Origin: Eukaryota sp. GEM-RC1
Lineage: Eukaryota
Assembly (NCBI GenBank): GCA_040285855.1
Contig: JAUFOQ010000004.1
Span: 2,418,001-2,482,000 of the forward strand
Direction: 5' to 3'
Length of the DNA: 64,000 nucleotides
Under the pieces are notes generated by a model. The model was not told the origin of the DNA. It worked only from the letters and a program-made list of their open reading frames with translations, and searched no databases. A program made the position numbers and the translations under genes. Positions 1-12,601 of this stretch are shown piece after piece. Position 1 is the stretch's first letter, and each line of letters opens with the position of its first letter.

Positions 1-812
1 AACCAAATTCCTCAGATTTATGGTTTGTTATTGAATGATCATCAATGGACTACAACATTCAGACTTCGATGTTTCTTGTGGCCCTCTAATTTACCCAATG
101 ATCTTCAATGCAAATGTGGTAAATTAGTTACTTTTTCTCACCTTTTGTTGTAATCGTTTCATTACTTATAGAACTTGTATTCATGATGCTGTTAGAGATC
201 AAATTCATGCCATGTGTAAGTCCTACAAAATCGAATCTTTCGTTGAGCCACTGTTGAGGTCACTGGAAATCAATAATTCAAAAACAGTGATTCTGATAAG
301 ACTTTTGGTAAAAGAAGAGCTGATGTGATAGTTCCATCAGTCAACGATGAACTAACCGTTGTTGATGTGATTACTGTGGATGTTTGCAAAAAAAGTGCCT
401 TCAAGGATGCTAAAAATGAAGTTTCTCCACTGAATTCTTCAGAACAATACAAGAGAAACAAATATGATGAACCATTGACTGCTCTCAAACATATTAGGCA
501 TGTTGAGTACAAATTATGTCCTTTTGCAATTTCAATTTATGGTCGACTTGGTAGAGATGCTCTTTGTTTTCTCTCCGATTTTGAGAAAGTGGTTAAAAAA
601 AGAATGAACGAGAAATTTGATTTCAAATTTTGGTTGAATCGTATTGTTTTTACAATATTTAAAACAATTCCCATCATGATTTCAAAAGCTCTATTAGCTC
701 TCAGTGTTTTTTATGAAGAAAAAGCTGATGTGAGTTTTAATGGCGATGATTGTTGCTTTAATGTTATTGAGTTCTAGTACTTGTGTTTATTTTAGTGTTT
801 TTGTTCCATAAA
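1..812 (+). mobile_element. 3' fragment of RLE-type non-LTR retrotransposon, family A (zinc knuckle, RLE, 3' UTR)
   Basis: Near-identical to 4578-5390; encodes HDAVRDQ, EP, RRADVI, VDV and E..K..KY RLE motifs; truncated by the window start. Confidence 0.9.
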
Positions 813-846
813 TATCTCTAAAAAATTGAGTTCTCAAAAGTTGAAC

Positions 847-1400
847 TCACGAGCAGAGCAGATGATTGATTTTCGATCCAAAACAGACCGAAAGTACTGA
901 AAATGCCAAGTGGTTATCCTTTTGACATCTTGTATCTCCTGCAATTGAACTGATTTTGTTTAGATAATTCTTGAGCACACTCTCAATCTGCAAAGAATTG
1001 CCAATATAGGAACCCAAAAAACGGACTGCTTCAATGTTGTAATCCACAAACCGGATTGATTGCTCACCATACTTAAGTTCCTCAAACCGCTTACCAATAA
1101 GAAAACATTTAGATAGTTTGATTTCGATTTCAAAATCAATTGATTGAGATAAACTTACAAAGTGTTTTAAACCATCCTTAAGAGAAGTTAAGGGCCCATT
1201 AAGAGAAGAATCATCAGCGTAAGCACACATATGAGTATCAGGAAATCTATCATTAAACTTAACTAAAATGGATTGAAGAGCCAAACAAAAGAAAAAAGGG
1301 TCCTAGAGGATCCCCTTGTTTAACTCCTATTATTAAGGAAATCACTTTAGAATGAAAACAAATGATCAGACACAAATCCGTACATCAATGTAAAATATGG
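847..1400 (-). mobile_element. Reverse transcriptase fragment of a different non-LTR family
   Basis: GVKQGDPLG (frameshifted), YADD and RFLGSYIG motifs on the minus strand. Confidence 0.8.
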
Positions 1401-2194
1401 TAAAAGGGGTAAAGATCTAAAAACTTTAAAAATAGTATATCGTGGGGATACCAATACAAGTAACCGTAAAAACTATACAAGCATACCCTTTACTATGCTT
1501 GTATTGGAACTTTGCTTGTATTAGGGTCCTTTAAATCTTTTGTTTTGTATAATTAAATATTAATCATGACAAGATCACTAAAATTGGAATCGATACTCAC
1601 TAAGTTCAATCAGTTATCTTTAAAATACTCTAATTAACCCAATACTAGCGCTTCCCTAATACTAGCCACAAGGGTTAGGCTAGTAAAATACCTAGGTTCA
1701 ACAAATGATTCAATTTTGTGAGACTTACACATAACATGTATTTGGTCTCTTACAACATTGTATACTTGTGTTTACCAAAAAAAAGTTTATGAACATATAT
1801 GAAAATCAAGGAAGTTTTATTATTACCACATCTCCTTGATAGAACAGAACAATCTTCCAATTAATTAATCCATCAAACAATCGCGTGACCTTTCGGAAAT
1901 TATTTGAAAGGTATCAATTACACAAAAAGATCTAGAAATACCAATTTCAAAAGACTCAGCTTAAAGAGTGCTTCGCATATCCTCTCAACCATCATCACCT
2001 TCATCTCATTGTCCAATCTCATTCAACAACTGTTACTGTAGATCACATACAGAAAATGTATTTCAACTTTCAGGACAAATAGTTGCCGTTTGTGTCTTGA
2101 TAAATGGTCTTTAAACCAAATGACGTTCAGGCCTTTTCCACGGTTATACTACGGTAAAAGTTTACGGTTTTGTATCGATTTACATTGTTCGTAA

Positions 2195-5100
2195 ATGTTG
2201 CTAAAGAACACTCTTGATCAACAGGTTTTAGCTTCTTCTTTTTCTGATGTCTTCTCTGAGTCTAACGCTGCTTCTACTTCCATCAAATCTTCTCCTGAAG
2301 TTCCGATCCCTGCTTCTCAGCAAATTCGAAAAAGAGCTCTACCTAACTGTTCTTCTTGTGGTCAATTAGGTCACCGAAAAAATCAGAAAGTTTGTCCAAA
2401 TTTTGATTTGCCTAAAATTCCTGATTCCCTATCGGCTGCCATTGCAGAAGTCTCAAATGTTGTTGACAATCTGGCTGTCACTTCTGAGGTTACGGCAGAA
2501 GACAACGTCCAGCCTCTTTCTGACAATTCTTTTACAAAATTTGGTCAGTCCAATGAATGTAATTTTTGCAAAACTGTTTCGGCGTCTTGCCTAATTAAAA
2601 ACAATTATTTGATTTGTGGAGATTGTCTCTCTGTTGATACTCTTCGACCTCCTGTGAAAATTCCAAATCAACTCAGCCCCAAAGGTTCCATTCCTTTTTC
2701 TATTGCTTTTCGGTCTTTTACTCTAGTGCTTTCACTAGGTTCTTGGGATGTTCTTCACATCTGGAAGTTTTTTCTTGAGAAACAATCTCAATCCTGCACT
2801 CGCCCTAAGAAAGTGTTTGCTCCAAAGAAATTACCAAAGGAAAAAGTTGTACGTCAACAACTTCTTCGAGGTAGGTATGGTTCAGCTAAGAATGCCTTGT
2901 TTTCATCAGATCTTGCTCCTGTTTCTGAGGACACTGTTTCTCAACTTCAGGCTCTTCATCCATTGGAAAATTTTTGTCCTGTCAAGCCGATGCCTTCTTT
3001 GTATTGGAAAGAAAACCCCATTAGAGTGGATGAGTTGATGAGTTGTATTTTAAAACTCCCTTCAGGAAAAGCTCCTGGACCTTCAGGTATTACTTTTGAT
3101 ATGCTCAAATCTGTTTCACGTCAAAATTCACTTATTGTTGAAGATTTATGTCTCTTTTTCAACAATGTTTTGTTATCGAAGGTTGTTCCTCCTAAAGAGT
3201 TGTCTGCTTCTCGTTTGGTTGCACTGATTAAGCCTAACAAGAAAATCCGTCCTATTGCTGTCGGTGAAGCTATTTACCGTTTGTTTGCTTCTGTTGTCTT
3301 TGGAAGAATTTCGAACAAAGCCAAGGATTTCTTTTCACCTTATCAATATGGTATTAAAACCATTTATGGAGCTTCTGTAGCTGCCCTTTCTTCTGATGTT
3401 TTCTTCAATGCGGTTGAAAATAATTGCATTTTCAATTTGGATTTTAAGAATGCTTTTAATTCTGTTAAACGATCTGCCATTTGTTCTGAATTGGAAAAGA
3501 GTTTTCCAGAATTAAATACCTTTTTCATTGTTTTTATGGTCACTCTTCTGACTTAATTTTTAATTCATTTGTTCTTAATTCTGTTTCTGGTGTTAAACAA
3601 GGAGATCCTCTTGGTCCCTTCTTTTTTTGTTTGGCTATTCATCCAATCCTGAAAAAACTCAAAGAAGAACATGCAGACTTAGAAATCGTAGCTTATATGG
3701 ATGACATTTCTTTTATTGCTCCTATGTCAACTCTTCGTATTATTGCGAATCAGGCTGCTGATTTGTACGATGCAATTGGACTTCAATTAAATGTGCAAAA
3801 ATGTTTTTTGATTGCCAAGGTACCTGTAACTTTAATTGTTAATTCTTTAGAGGTTCCCTTTGTGAACTATTTATCTTCAAGCTTTAGATTTCTAGGTTGT
3901 TATCTTGGTTCACATGACAACATTGTTAAAGATCTGAATGTATATTTGGATTCGATGCGAAAAGAATTAGATCAAATTAAGGAATTGCAACTGGAAAAAC
4001 ATCTCAAATTCTTTATGCTAAAAATTTGTTATTCAGGAAAAGTTACTCATCTGCTTCGCTCTCTCCCCCCTGTACTTACCTATAACTTCTGTAGAAGCTT
4101 TAACAAAATTCGTACTGACTTTCTTGCATTTTTGTTATCAGTGGATCCTGCTGCTTTGAACAATCACATCTTCTCAGATCCTCATCTTGGTGGTATTGGT
4201 TTCACTTCGTCTAAATGGTGGACCAAATCTGCTTTCATTGGTGGTGGTAAGAATTTTGTCTTTGAGTTCTGTAGACGGTACCCAGGTCAAGAAAATCTTC
4301 TTGTTTCGACAACTAGTTTTTTCTTGGTAAATTTGAGATCAGAATTGTCGCTAATTTCACCTGACCTCTGGCAAACTTGTTTTCCAGCAGATATTTGTGA
4401 AATACCAGAACGATGTGTCACCTCGTTAAAATTTGCTCTTAAGAAACTCCAAAAACACCTTTTAAAACATTTTGAATGTCTGGATTTTAAAATTCGACTT
4501 GGCTCGGCCAAAGAAAAAAATCCAGCTTTCGCAAATTTTTTAATCGATTTGAAGGACAGTTCTTCAGTTGCTTTGATTAACCAAATTCCTCAGATTTATG
4601 GTTTGTTGTTGAATGATCATCAATGGACTACAACATTCAGACTTCGATGTTTCTTGTGGCCCTCTAATTTACCCAATGATCTTCAATGTAAATGTGGTAA
4701 ATTAGTTACTTTTTCTCACCTTTTGAGTTGTAATCGTTTCATTACTTATAGAACTTGTATTCATGATGCTGTTAGAGATCAAATTCATGCCATGTGTAAG
4801 TCCTACAAAATCGAATCTTTCGTTGAGCCACTGTTGAGGTCACTGGAAATCAATAATTCAAAAAATAGTGATTCTGATAAGACTTTTGGTAAAAGAAGAG
4901 CTGATGTCATAGTTCCATCAGTCAACGATGAACTAACCGTTGTTGATGTGATTACTGTGGATGTTTGCAAAAAAGTGCTTTCAAGGATGCTAAAAATGAA
5001 GTTTCTCCACTGAATTCTTCAGAACAATACAAGAGAAACAAATATGATGAACCACTGACTGCTCTCAAACATATTAGACATGTTGAGTACAAATTATGTC

Positions 5101-5357
5101 CTTTTGCAATTTCAATTTATGGTCGACTTGGTAGAGATGCTCTTTGTTTTCTCTCCGATTTTGAGAAAGTGGTTAAAAAAAGAATGAACAAGAAATTTGA
5201 TTTCAAATTTTGGTTGAATCGTATTGTTTTTACAATATTTAAAACATTTCCTATCATGATTTCAAAAGCTCTATTAGCTCTCAGTGTTTTTTATGAAGAA
5301 AAAGCTGATGTGAGTTTTAATGGCAATGATTGTTGCTTTAATGATATTGAGTTCTAG
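2195..5357 (+). CDS. Retrotransposon polyprotein: CCHC knuckle, RT, zinc knuckle and RLE; two homopolymer frameshifts (~3523, ~4972)
   Basis: CSSCGQLGHRKNQKVC; KAPGPSG, IRPIAVGE, LDFKNAFNSV, GVKQGDPLGP, YMDD; CKCG..HLLSC, HDAVRD, RRADVI, VDV. Confidence 0.88.
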
Positions 5358-5412
5358 TATTTGTGTTTATTTTAGTGTTTTCATTCCATAAACTGTGCTT
5401 TGTAAAAAAAAA
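2230..5412 (+). mobile_element. 5'-truncated RLE non-LTR retrotransposon (CRE-like), family A, with poly-A tail and 7-bp TSD
   Basis: TSD AGGTTTT at 2223-2229 and 5413-5419; A-tail 5404-5412; empty site CAACAGGTTTTGGTTAAATC seen at ~33687. Confidence 0.92.
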
Positions 5413-6127
5413 AGGTTTTGGTTAAATCACACTAACTTAACAAATTTTAAAACAATTCATGACATGATATCAAACGATCTTTTAAGTAAAAAGATTTTAT
5501 ACAGGAAATGCCTCTGTCAGATGCAATGGCAATGAATGTTCATTGAGTAAAGTATTAAGCTATAGTATAAAGTTCTCTTGTTTATTGTTGGCTTCAAGTT
5601 AATTACTAGCCCTTACCAATTACAAGCCCCTCTTTTAATGGCCACGAAGAGATAGGCTGGCCTATCATAGGCCAGTAAGGGATTTTCTGGGTCTAGTATT
5701 AGGTTAATTAAATTGTGCTGATCAATTCTGACAGACAGGTAGATCAATCGTATCAAAATAAACATCAAAATATGACACGTCTACAATTTCGTGGTCACAC
5801 AAGGTTTTCGTTAATCTCGTAAATTATTGACCACCGTTAAATCAAACGCTTCCCTAAAGCTAGTATCTGTTGAACAACTATATTTGCTGTCAAAATTGAG
5901 AAACTTCATTGTATCAATGTTTCCTAGAAGTTTAGTTATTCTTGAGTTACAGACTTGTCCATCAGATGTTCCACTATGTGCAAAATTAAAATGGCTAAGT
6001 GCTTTTGTAACTAGTTAATGAAATCTGAGAATAATTTTTTAATATGACTCTCCGCGGTTATATATATAGAGATCAGTCTTTTTTAAAAGAAATCTGGGAG
6101 TTTATTTTGGGAAACAATACATCCCCT

Positions 6128-6250
6128 CTACTTTGCTTGTATTTGGACTTTGCTTGTATTTTTACTATGCTTGTATTTTTACTATGCTTGTATTTGTACT
6201 ATACTTGTATTTGTACTATACTTGTATTTGTACTTTGCTTGTATTTGGAC
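6128..6250. repeat. Minisatellite, ~17-bp unit TACT(T/A)TGCTTGTATTTG, about 7 copies
   Basis: Direct tandem repeats visible; related units at ~1490-1522. Confidence 0.8.
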
Positions 6251-6532
6251 CTCGACTATATAAGTAAATATATTAACTGTTTAAGTTCATGATTCAATTT
6301 GAAACAAAAGTATTTACAAAATGAATATGAGATAATTAACATGGCAAGACTTAAAAAATTAAAAAACAGTAAAGGTATTCTTAAGTAATCAAAAGAAATT
6401 GACTAACAAAAATCATGATGGGAATTAATGTTGGTGTTTTGGCTGAGATTGGTGCCAATAAACCGACTCACTCAACAATTTTTCATTCTTTTAGTGAATA
6501 CAATAAGAAATTAAACATCAAAGATGACTTCA

Positions 6533-7734
6533 TCAGTCGTCAGATGACTCTGATGCATCTAAAACCTCTTGAGCAAGACTTAGATACTCAGAAATATCAA
6601 GATCTAGTGAGTAATTCGACTTTTGATGAGCACTAGAAACCATTTTCGCCAATATTTTAAATTTTTGATCATTTACCTGATTGACATAGGAAATGAAACC
6701 ATCTAAATACAAAGAAACTAACGGAATAGTAGAATCCTGGTTAAGTAATATCTGCCGAATCCTTAATAGCAATTTTAAAATGAAATTCTTATTGTCCAAA
6801 TATTTTAAAAATAGAACTAGAATATCATTAATAAATTTAAAATTTCGAATCATACCATAACATGAACTTCGGCGTAAAATTGATCGAAGCAATTGATTGC
6901 AATCAGAAAATTCACAAAAGAATGATAATACTCCTGAAATATTCGAAATATTCCACCAAGATTCCGATGAGATATCACCATCATTTATAAAACAATCAAA
7001 AAATCCAGCAAACGACACGTCAGCAAGAGTCAACAATACGTGTTTTTCAACAACACCTGAAATTTCCAAAATATCAATGTTTGGAATTCTGTTTAGCTCC
7101 TCAATTTCCTCTTCGTTAAGTTCTTCTTCACTAAACAGTTCCCAATTCAAGTATTGTTTTTGAGGAATAATATCTAAAAGAAAACCGAAACTGTCAAGGT
7201 CAATATTATCTGAAAGGAAGTGATCTGAATCAAATTCTTCTTCTTCATGCACTTCTTTTGCTTTAAGGCGATCAGACGGGGGTATTAATCCCGGGTTATC
7301 TAGTTTGCATACGTCAGCTGCTGACGTGACAGTGAATTGATTGGAAAACATAGAGGCAAAACCATATGAATGTTCGTCAGATGAAGACAGAGAAGGGGTG
7401 TGTTGTTCCCAGAACCATTCATTGGAAAGGTCATCAGTTACTGGAGGTAGTAGTAGCTGGGCATGGTCATCAAAATGTTCAAAATGGTCATTAGGGTGAG
7501 CTTTAGGAAGAGTAATAACTACAGATTGGGACGTAGGATCATAACAGGACCGTTCCCGTCCATCACGCAGCAGTGGATGAGAGAAGTAGATACAGAGGAA
7601 AAAGGATCAGCAGACAATCTGAATTCTTTATCAGTAACGTCGAATTCAATATTGTGGGCTCTGGCCGAAGGTAGTTGTACCTGAATAGTGACAACAGTGT
7701 CAGTTTGAGATAGGTTGAATGTTGGAGTATACAT
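6533..7734 (-). CDS. SHQ1: H/ACA snoRNP assembly chaperone SHQ1-like (CS domain plus SHQ1 domain); one frameshift at ~7600
   Basis: N-terminus MYTPTFNLSQTDTVVTIQVQLPSARAHNIEFDV..ADPF, continuing after the A-run frameshift as YDPTSQSVVITLPKAHPNDHFE..W..EQ..YGF; RLKAKEVHEEEEFDSDHF and RRSSCYGMIRNF match SHQ1 conserved blocks. Confidence 0.8.
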
Positions 7735-8263
7735 TTTCCTAGTCTGATAAATCTCAATTCGGTTTCTTCTCTTCAAAACGATCACTCTACTAAGATTGCA
7801 CATCTCTTTCTCATAAATGATCTTGTGGTTTACATACTTTGTTACTTTTCTAACATTGACCATTCTTCTTTGGCCAAAAAGGAGAAAACTCAAGAAGTTG
7901 TTGATTACGCCTTTGCAACTGATCTCAACGTTAACAATGACAGTAGAACAATCTCAGGGAAATACGTAACCTTCAGTGGAAGTCGTCAACTTACACCATT
8001 TCCTATTGCTTTTAACACTCGTGTCACTTCAACTAATCCTGTTGATGACGAAAAACTGGTTTATCCTGGTTTATCTCAACGAAACCATTCATTCCGATTG
8101 CTACTTACTCAAATAGAAGTACTTCCAAGAGTGAATCTCCAGTTATATCAATTAAAAGTCCACTTTTGCTGTTGTCACCTAACTATGAGAATAGCTGTTA
8201 TGATTATTAGGAGATTGATGATTCAATTAACTTTTGATTGATGGCGTCATTTTGAGGACCTTG

Positions 8264-9387
8264 TTAGAACGTTGTTGATTGATAGTTTTCAGATGATCCG
8301 TCAAGGTACATCCCGTCTTTTCTTTGGACAATGTAGCTAGTAAAGGATCGTTTAGCTAATTTCTTTGAGATCTGAACACCTCGCCAGTAGGCAATGAGAT
8401 CATGAGGAATGAGAGTCTTAGAAACGAAAAGTCCGTTTCCTGCATTAGTTAAAGTAGAAGGAGCCTTGTAGATTGAGAAAGGGCGTCCAGTAAGTAAGGA
8501 CTTGCATGACACTAGAATGAATTACAAAGTTGAAACAAACTGCTAGTGGAACCGTCTTCATTCATTGTTCTTCTGATCCACATTAGAGAGAGATCGCTCA
8601 CTTCCAAAGTCTTGTTTTTCATAATCTTCTTCTTCTCATCGTGTGCTTTCTGGAGTTAGAGTAGTCGATCCTCAACATACCAGCATGACGCATTCTTCAC
8701 ACACAAATGCAGTTCCTGTGTCCCATCTGTTTTCCACACATTCTACATGGAATGCCCACTTGCAGAATCCTTCGCAAAAGACAATGTCCTTGACCTTTGC
8801 GCTGGCCTCTTCTTCACAGACAGGACAACTAACTCCATACTCAACTCCTTCTGAGTCTGAGCTGGAATCTTCGAGGTAGTATTCTCTTGCAGATGGTGTA
8901 CTCTCACCTCTCCAGTAGGGAGGTGGATGCAGGTTCGTTCCTCAGGGGATAGGTCAGCGTGTACTTTTGTTTGACGGGACGGTGTAAAGTTTAGGTGTCG
9001 CCACATGGTGCAAATTGCTGTAATTAGTAAGCTGAACTCCACATACTAGTAGTTAAGTATTCGCACCCCGGAACTACGATACTCGTGATCAGGTTTGGAG
9101 TTTAGAACCTTACAGCGTCTACGATGGTCTTTGAGAGCTCCTTTCTCGGTAAAGCGTTGATGACAACCTTCACATTCGTGGGGTTTTTCACCTGTGTGGA
9201 TGAGCATGTGTTGCCTCAGTTTTGCAGCTGATTCGCAAGTCTAGGATTAGTTTGTGGTTAAACATACTCTCAAACATTCACTGCACTGAAACTTAGTTGA
9301 ATGCTTGGCGTTTACGTGCTTCCTCAATCCCTGTTTGGATCCGAAAACTTTATCACAGTCCTTACAAGCATACCCTCTTGTGGACAT
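8264..9387 (-). CDS. Multi-exon C2H2 zinc finger (x3), PHD finger and SET-like protein; middle exon unresolved, SET appears incomplete
   Basis: YACKDCDKVFGSKQGLRKHVNAKH, FQCSECLR^TCESAAKLRQHMLIHTGEKPHECEGCHQRF; PHD CPVC..FCEGFCKWAFHVECV..CEEC; SET start IYKAPSTLTNAGNGLFV..LIAYWRG; introns 9241-9267, 9018-9046, 8650-8680, 8512-8540. Confidence 0.7.
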
Positions 9388-10267
9388 GTGAGAAGATTTA
9401 ATGCCGGTAGAAAAGTGAATTTCGTCTGTTACACTTCATTTCTATGTGTGTTGTCAGAATTCTCATATCCTCTTTTCTCACATCTTTTTCTCTTCAATGT
9501 TTCTTCTTTGTGTCTACTTTTGCTGCTTCCTTTGTCCAACCTGTACTCTCATTCAATGCTTCACTTCACTGGTTTTGTGTTTTCTTAGTTAAATTGGTGT
9601 TAGTTTGAAAGAGAAAGTGTGTCTAATGTCTCCTGTTTAATTAATATTATCTAGATTCTTGGTCATTTTCTTACTTCAATTGGTTGGTGATACCAAAATG
9701 TTGGTTGGTGATACCAAAAGATAGAGTTACTACCAACCAGGTATTCTCTTGCAGATGTAAGAGAATACCCATCAGTAGGATGTTTAGTAGGATGATTTGA
9801 TGGATTCCAAAATACATCTTTTCGAATACACTTTGTACTTTCTTTTCTATAACTTGAACAAACGCAAAAGATTTTTTGAAATGGAGGCCAGAAGAATATT
9901 GTTCCAGATTCAGATTGAGGATTAGTTCTTTCCATTAGACTGTCGTTATAATGGTTTTTAATGTTAAAACAAATTCTTTCGTATTGTATGTAGTTTTTGT
10001 ATTTTTATTTCAATTTTATCGAATCCGTAAATACGGAAACATTTAAAATATTCAAATATGAGATTATACGTACAGAAACAGTTAAATAATGGCGTATTTT
10101 CAGTTTATATTTTTAACATCACTGCATACATCTGTGATCATTAAAATGCACCATCAAACTACATCTGGAAAATAAATACTATAAGCGAAATACATTAAAT
10201 CAAATTCATTGAGTATCTATTTATAAGTCAATGTATTTACAAAACCACTAGTTGAACCACTAGTGAA

Positions 10268-10887
10268 TCATTGATATTTCTTCCCTAAACCATTTAAAAA
10301 TGAAGACAATGATCTAATTGAATCTTCTCCTACTCCCATTTCTACTGCTAACGCTTCTAATAGTCCTAATGAACACCAGTACTCAAATTGTCTACAGAAA
10401 GTTGTCCATTGAGGTGATGACAGCGTTCCCTTGATGTCTTGATCTTCAGGAGGTAACAATGGAAGCAGACTTGCATCATTTAAGGTATTTGAGTTTGCAA
10501 GGTTGGTAGCAGAAAGGATTTTGTGCAACGGTGGAAAGTTCTCTTCATCTTTAAGTGTGTTAACAAATGATGATACAGACTTGGTAAAGATGACTCAACA
10601 GAGCCTGCAAGTTCTGAAGACGTTGTGTATATGAAACATTGCTGACCAACTGGTAGAGGAGACAATTGATAAACAAAACCAGGAACGCTGAGCCGCTGTA
10701 GAGTTGGTATATGTTGTTGTTGGAAAAGAACCTCTAGTGTTTTAGAGTTGTCTGATGCTGTCCAAAAGAAAAGGAACAAATCATCTGAGAATATCAAAGA
10801 AGCAGAGCCAATGACAGGATACGGTATGACCTGTTGGTTCTCAGTAACATCGAAGACTCCGATCGAATCGAAAGAGTTGATGATCAT
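10268..10887 (-). CDS. RPN13: Proteasome ubiquitin receptor RPN13/ADRM1-like (Pru domain plus UCH-binding domain); one frameshift at ~10530
   Basis: N-terminal Pru-like pattern (V.P.P..G..DDLFLFFW..G.VYQL); C-terminal LLPLLP..DIKGTLSSPQW..F...G.L..L..EMG resembles the UCH-binding domain. Confidence 0.6.
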
Positions 10888-11009
10888 TTACAGAAAAAGA
10901 ATTCCTGTCTGAATTTGTAAAGACAAACAAACAACAAATATGTACATGTACGGGTAAAACCAAACGACTCTATATACATTAACATTGGTACCAAATTTGT
11001 ATAAAATAA

Positions 11010-11775
11010 AACTACAATGAGACGTCGTTGTTATTTATGGCCATATAATTTGCCAAATGATCTTCAATGTAGCTGCGGAAAACAATTAACGTTTTCTCAT
11101 TTGTTACGTTGTAATCGCTACATAACTTATCGAACGTGTATGCATGATGCTGTAAGAGATCAAATACATGCTATGTGTAAGTCTTACAAAAATTGAGTCA
11201 TTTGTTGAACCACTTCTAAGATCTTTAGAACCAAGTTATAATTGTAATGTCGAAAAACAGAACCAATTTTTTGGTAAACGGAGAGCAGATGTTGTTGTCC
11301 CTTCTTCTTCTGACAAATTGTTTGTTGTTGATGTAGTGTTAGTGGATGTTTGTAAAATGACATCTTTATAGAATGCTTACTCTGAAACTTCCCCTTTAGA
11401 CATTCCTGAACAAGCCAAGTCGGATAAGTACAAGAAACCATTGATGGCTTTAAGACATGTAAAACACGTCGAACACGAATTATGCCCTTTGCTGTTTCCA
11501 ATTTACGGACGTTTAGGAAAAAGTGCATTCAATTTTTTAAACGATTTCGGAAAAATCGTAAAAAGTAGGATGAACAAACGTTTTGATCATATGTTTTGGT
11601 TAAACTGGATCGTTTTTACTGTTTTTAAAACAATTCCCCTAATCATCTCCAAAGCACTATTTCCAGTGAGTTCCTTTTATGAGGACAAAGCTGTTGTAAG
11701 ATTTGATAGTGACGGATGTTGTTTTAATGATATCAAATTATAGTTGTTTGATCTATTACATTTAAAATAAATAAA
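11010..11775 (+). mobile_element. Degenerate 3' fragment of RLE LINE, family A' (related to A)
   Basis: HDAVRDQ, IESFVEPLLRSLE, RRADVVVP; ends CCFNDIKL followed by an AATAAA-rich tail. Confidence 0.85.
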
Positions 11776-12035
11776 ATTCTCACTCAACTTGTATAGAAAC
11801 AGGAAAGGGCGCAACATAGATTTGAAAAACGATTTTCCATTTAATTCTTTGACTTAAGAGTCACATTTGGAATTTTTGTGCAGCTCTGGTTGAGTATTTA
11901 TCCATACAGTACTAGTTATATGGTAATGTAGTTCAACCTTCCTATAAACCTCTGCATCCCAAACTCATTAATAATGTACTAGTTGTATCAACAGAGATAA
12001 AGTCTACACTAAAAAGATTTGACTGTATAGAAAAC

Positions 12036-12085
12036 ATCCTGGAACTGTGGATCATCCCGGAACTGTGGATCATCCTGGAACTGTG
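12036..12085. repeat. Short tandem repeat, 18-bp unit CATCCTGGAACTGTGGAT, about 3 copies
   Basis: Directly visible. Confidence 0.8.
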
Positions 12086-12172
12086 TGTCTATCAGGAGGG
12101 AATTATATTGATCATCAACTAGAACGAAGCAACACATCACACACATGTAGATTCAGTTACATTACCAGCTCC

Positions 12173-12547
12173 TTATTCAGCTCTTGAAACTGCTGAAAGG
12201 AAAAAATTAAATCGTTATGGCGAATTAATTTCCAAGATGAATTCTCGCCGACGCAATCCTTTTGTTTTCCATCCTTTTGCTATTTCTCTTTATGGAACGT
12301 TTGGTTGCTTCGGTCAGCAATTTCTCACAGATTTTGGCAAATTGTGTAAGCAGCATGGAAAGAATTTTAATGAAAGTTACTGGAGAGGAAGGTTGTCGTT
12401 TTCCCTTTTCAAAGCACTGTTTAGGTATTTTGATTCGATTTTGAACCGTCTCTTTGCATTGAGACATGAATTTGAGATGATGTAGAGGTATTTGTATCTC
12501 ATTTGTTAATATTGATGATAGTTTGTATTTGTAAGAGTAAATAAAAG
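12173..12547 (+). mobile_element. 3' end of RLE LINE family B
   Basis: Near-identical to 26341-26695 (ALETAERKKLNRYG, FHPFAISLYG). Confidence 0.85.
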
Positions 12548-12601
12548 GCGTCTGTTACGTTACCTAAGCAGATCAAACAAATTCTATTTGTTCAAGACTC
12601 A

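Larger units (their letters stand above)
1638..5703. mobile_element. Putative piggyBac-like non-autonomous TIR element hosting a LINE insertion
   Basis: TTAA|CCCAATACTAG at 1634-1648 and CTAGTATTAGG|TTAA at 5693-5707; a partial empty-site copy lies at ~33425-33925, but it also shares ~30 bp upstream of the TTAA, so the left boundary is uncertain. Confidence 0.45.

Noticed and set aside
2195..5357. Retron, diversity-generating retroelement or group II intron RT
   Set aside because: The C-terminal zinc knuckle and RLE, poly-A tail, TSD and 5' truncation identify a non-LTR retrotransposon.
6128..6250. Telomeric or CRISPR-like repeat
   Set aside because: A spacer-less, degenerate 17-bp internal minisatellite; probably a transposon subterminal relic.
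7825..8241. 138-aa plus-strand ORF
   Set aside because: No recognisable motif and no clear ATG start; it may be a gene fragment but cannot be supported.
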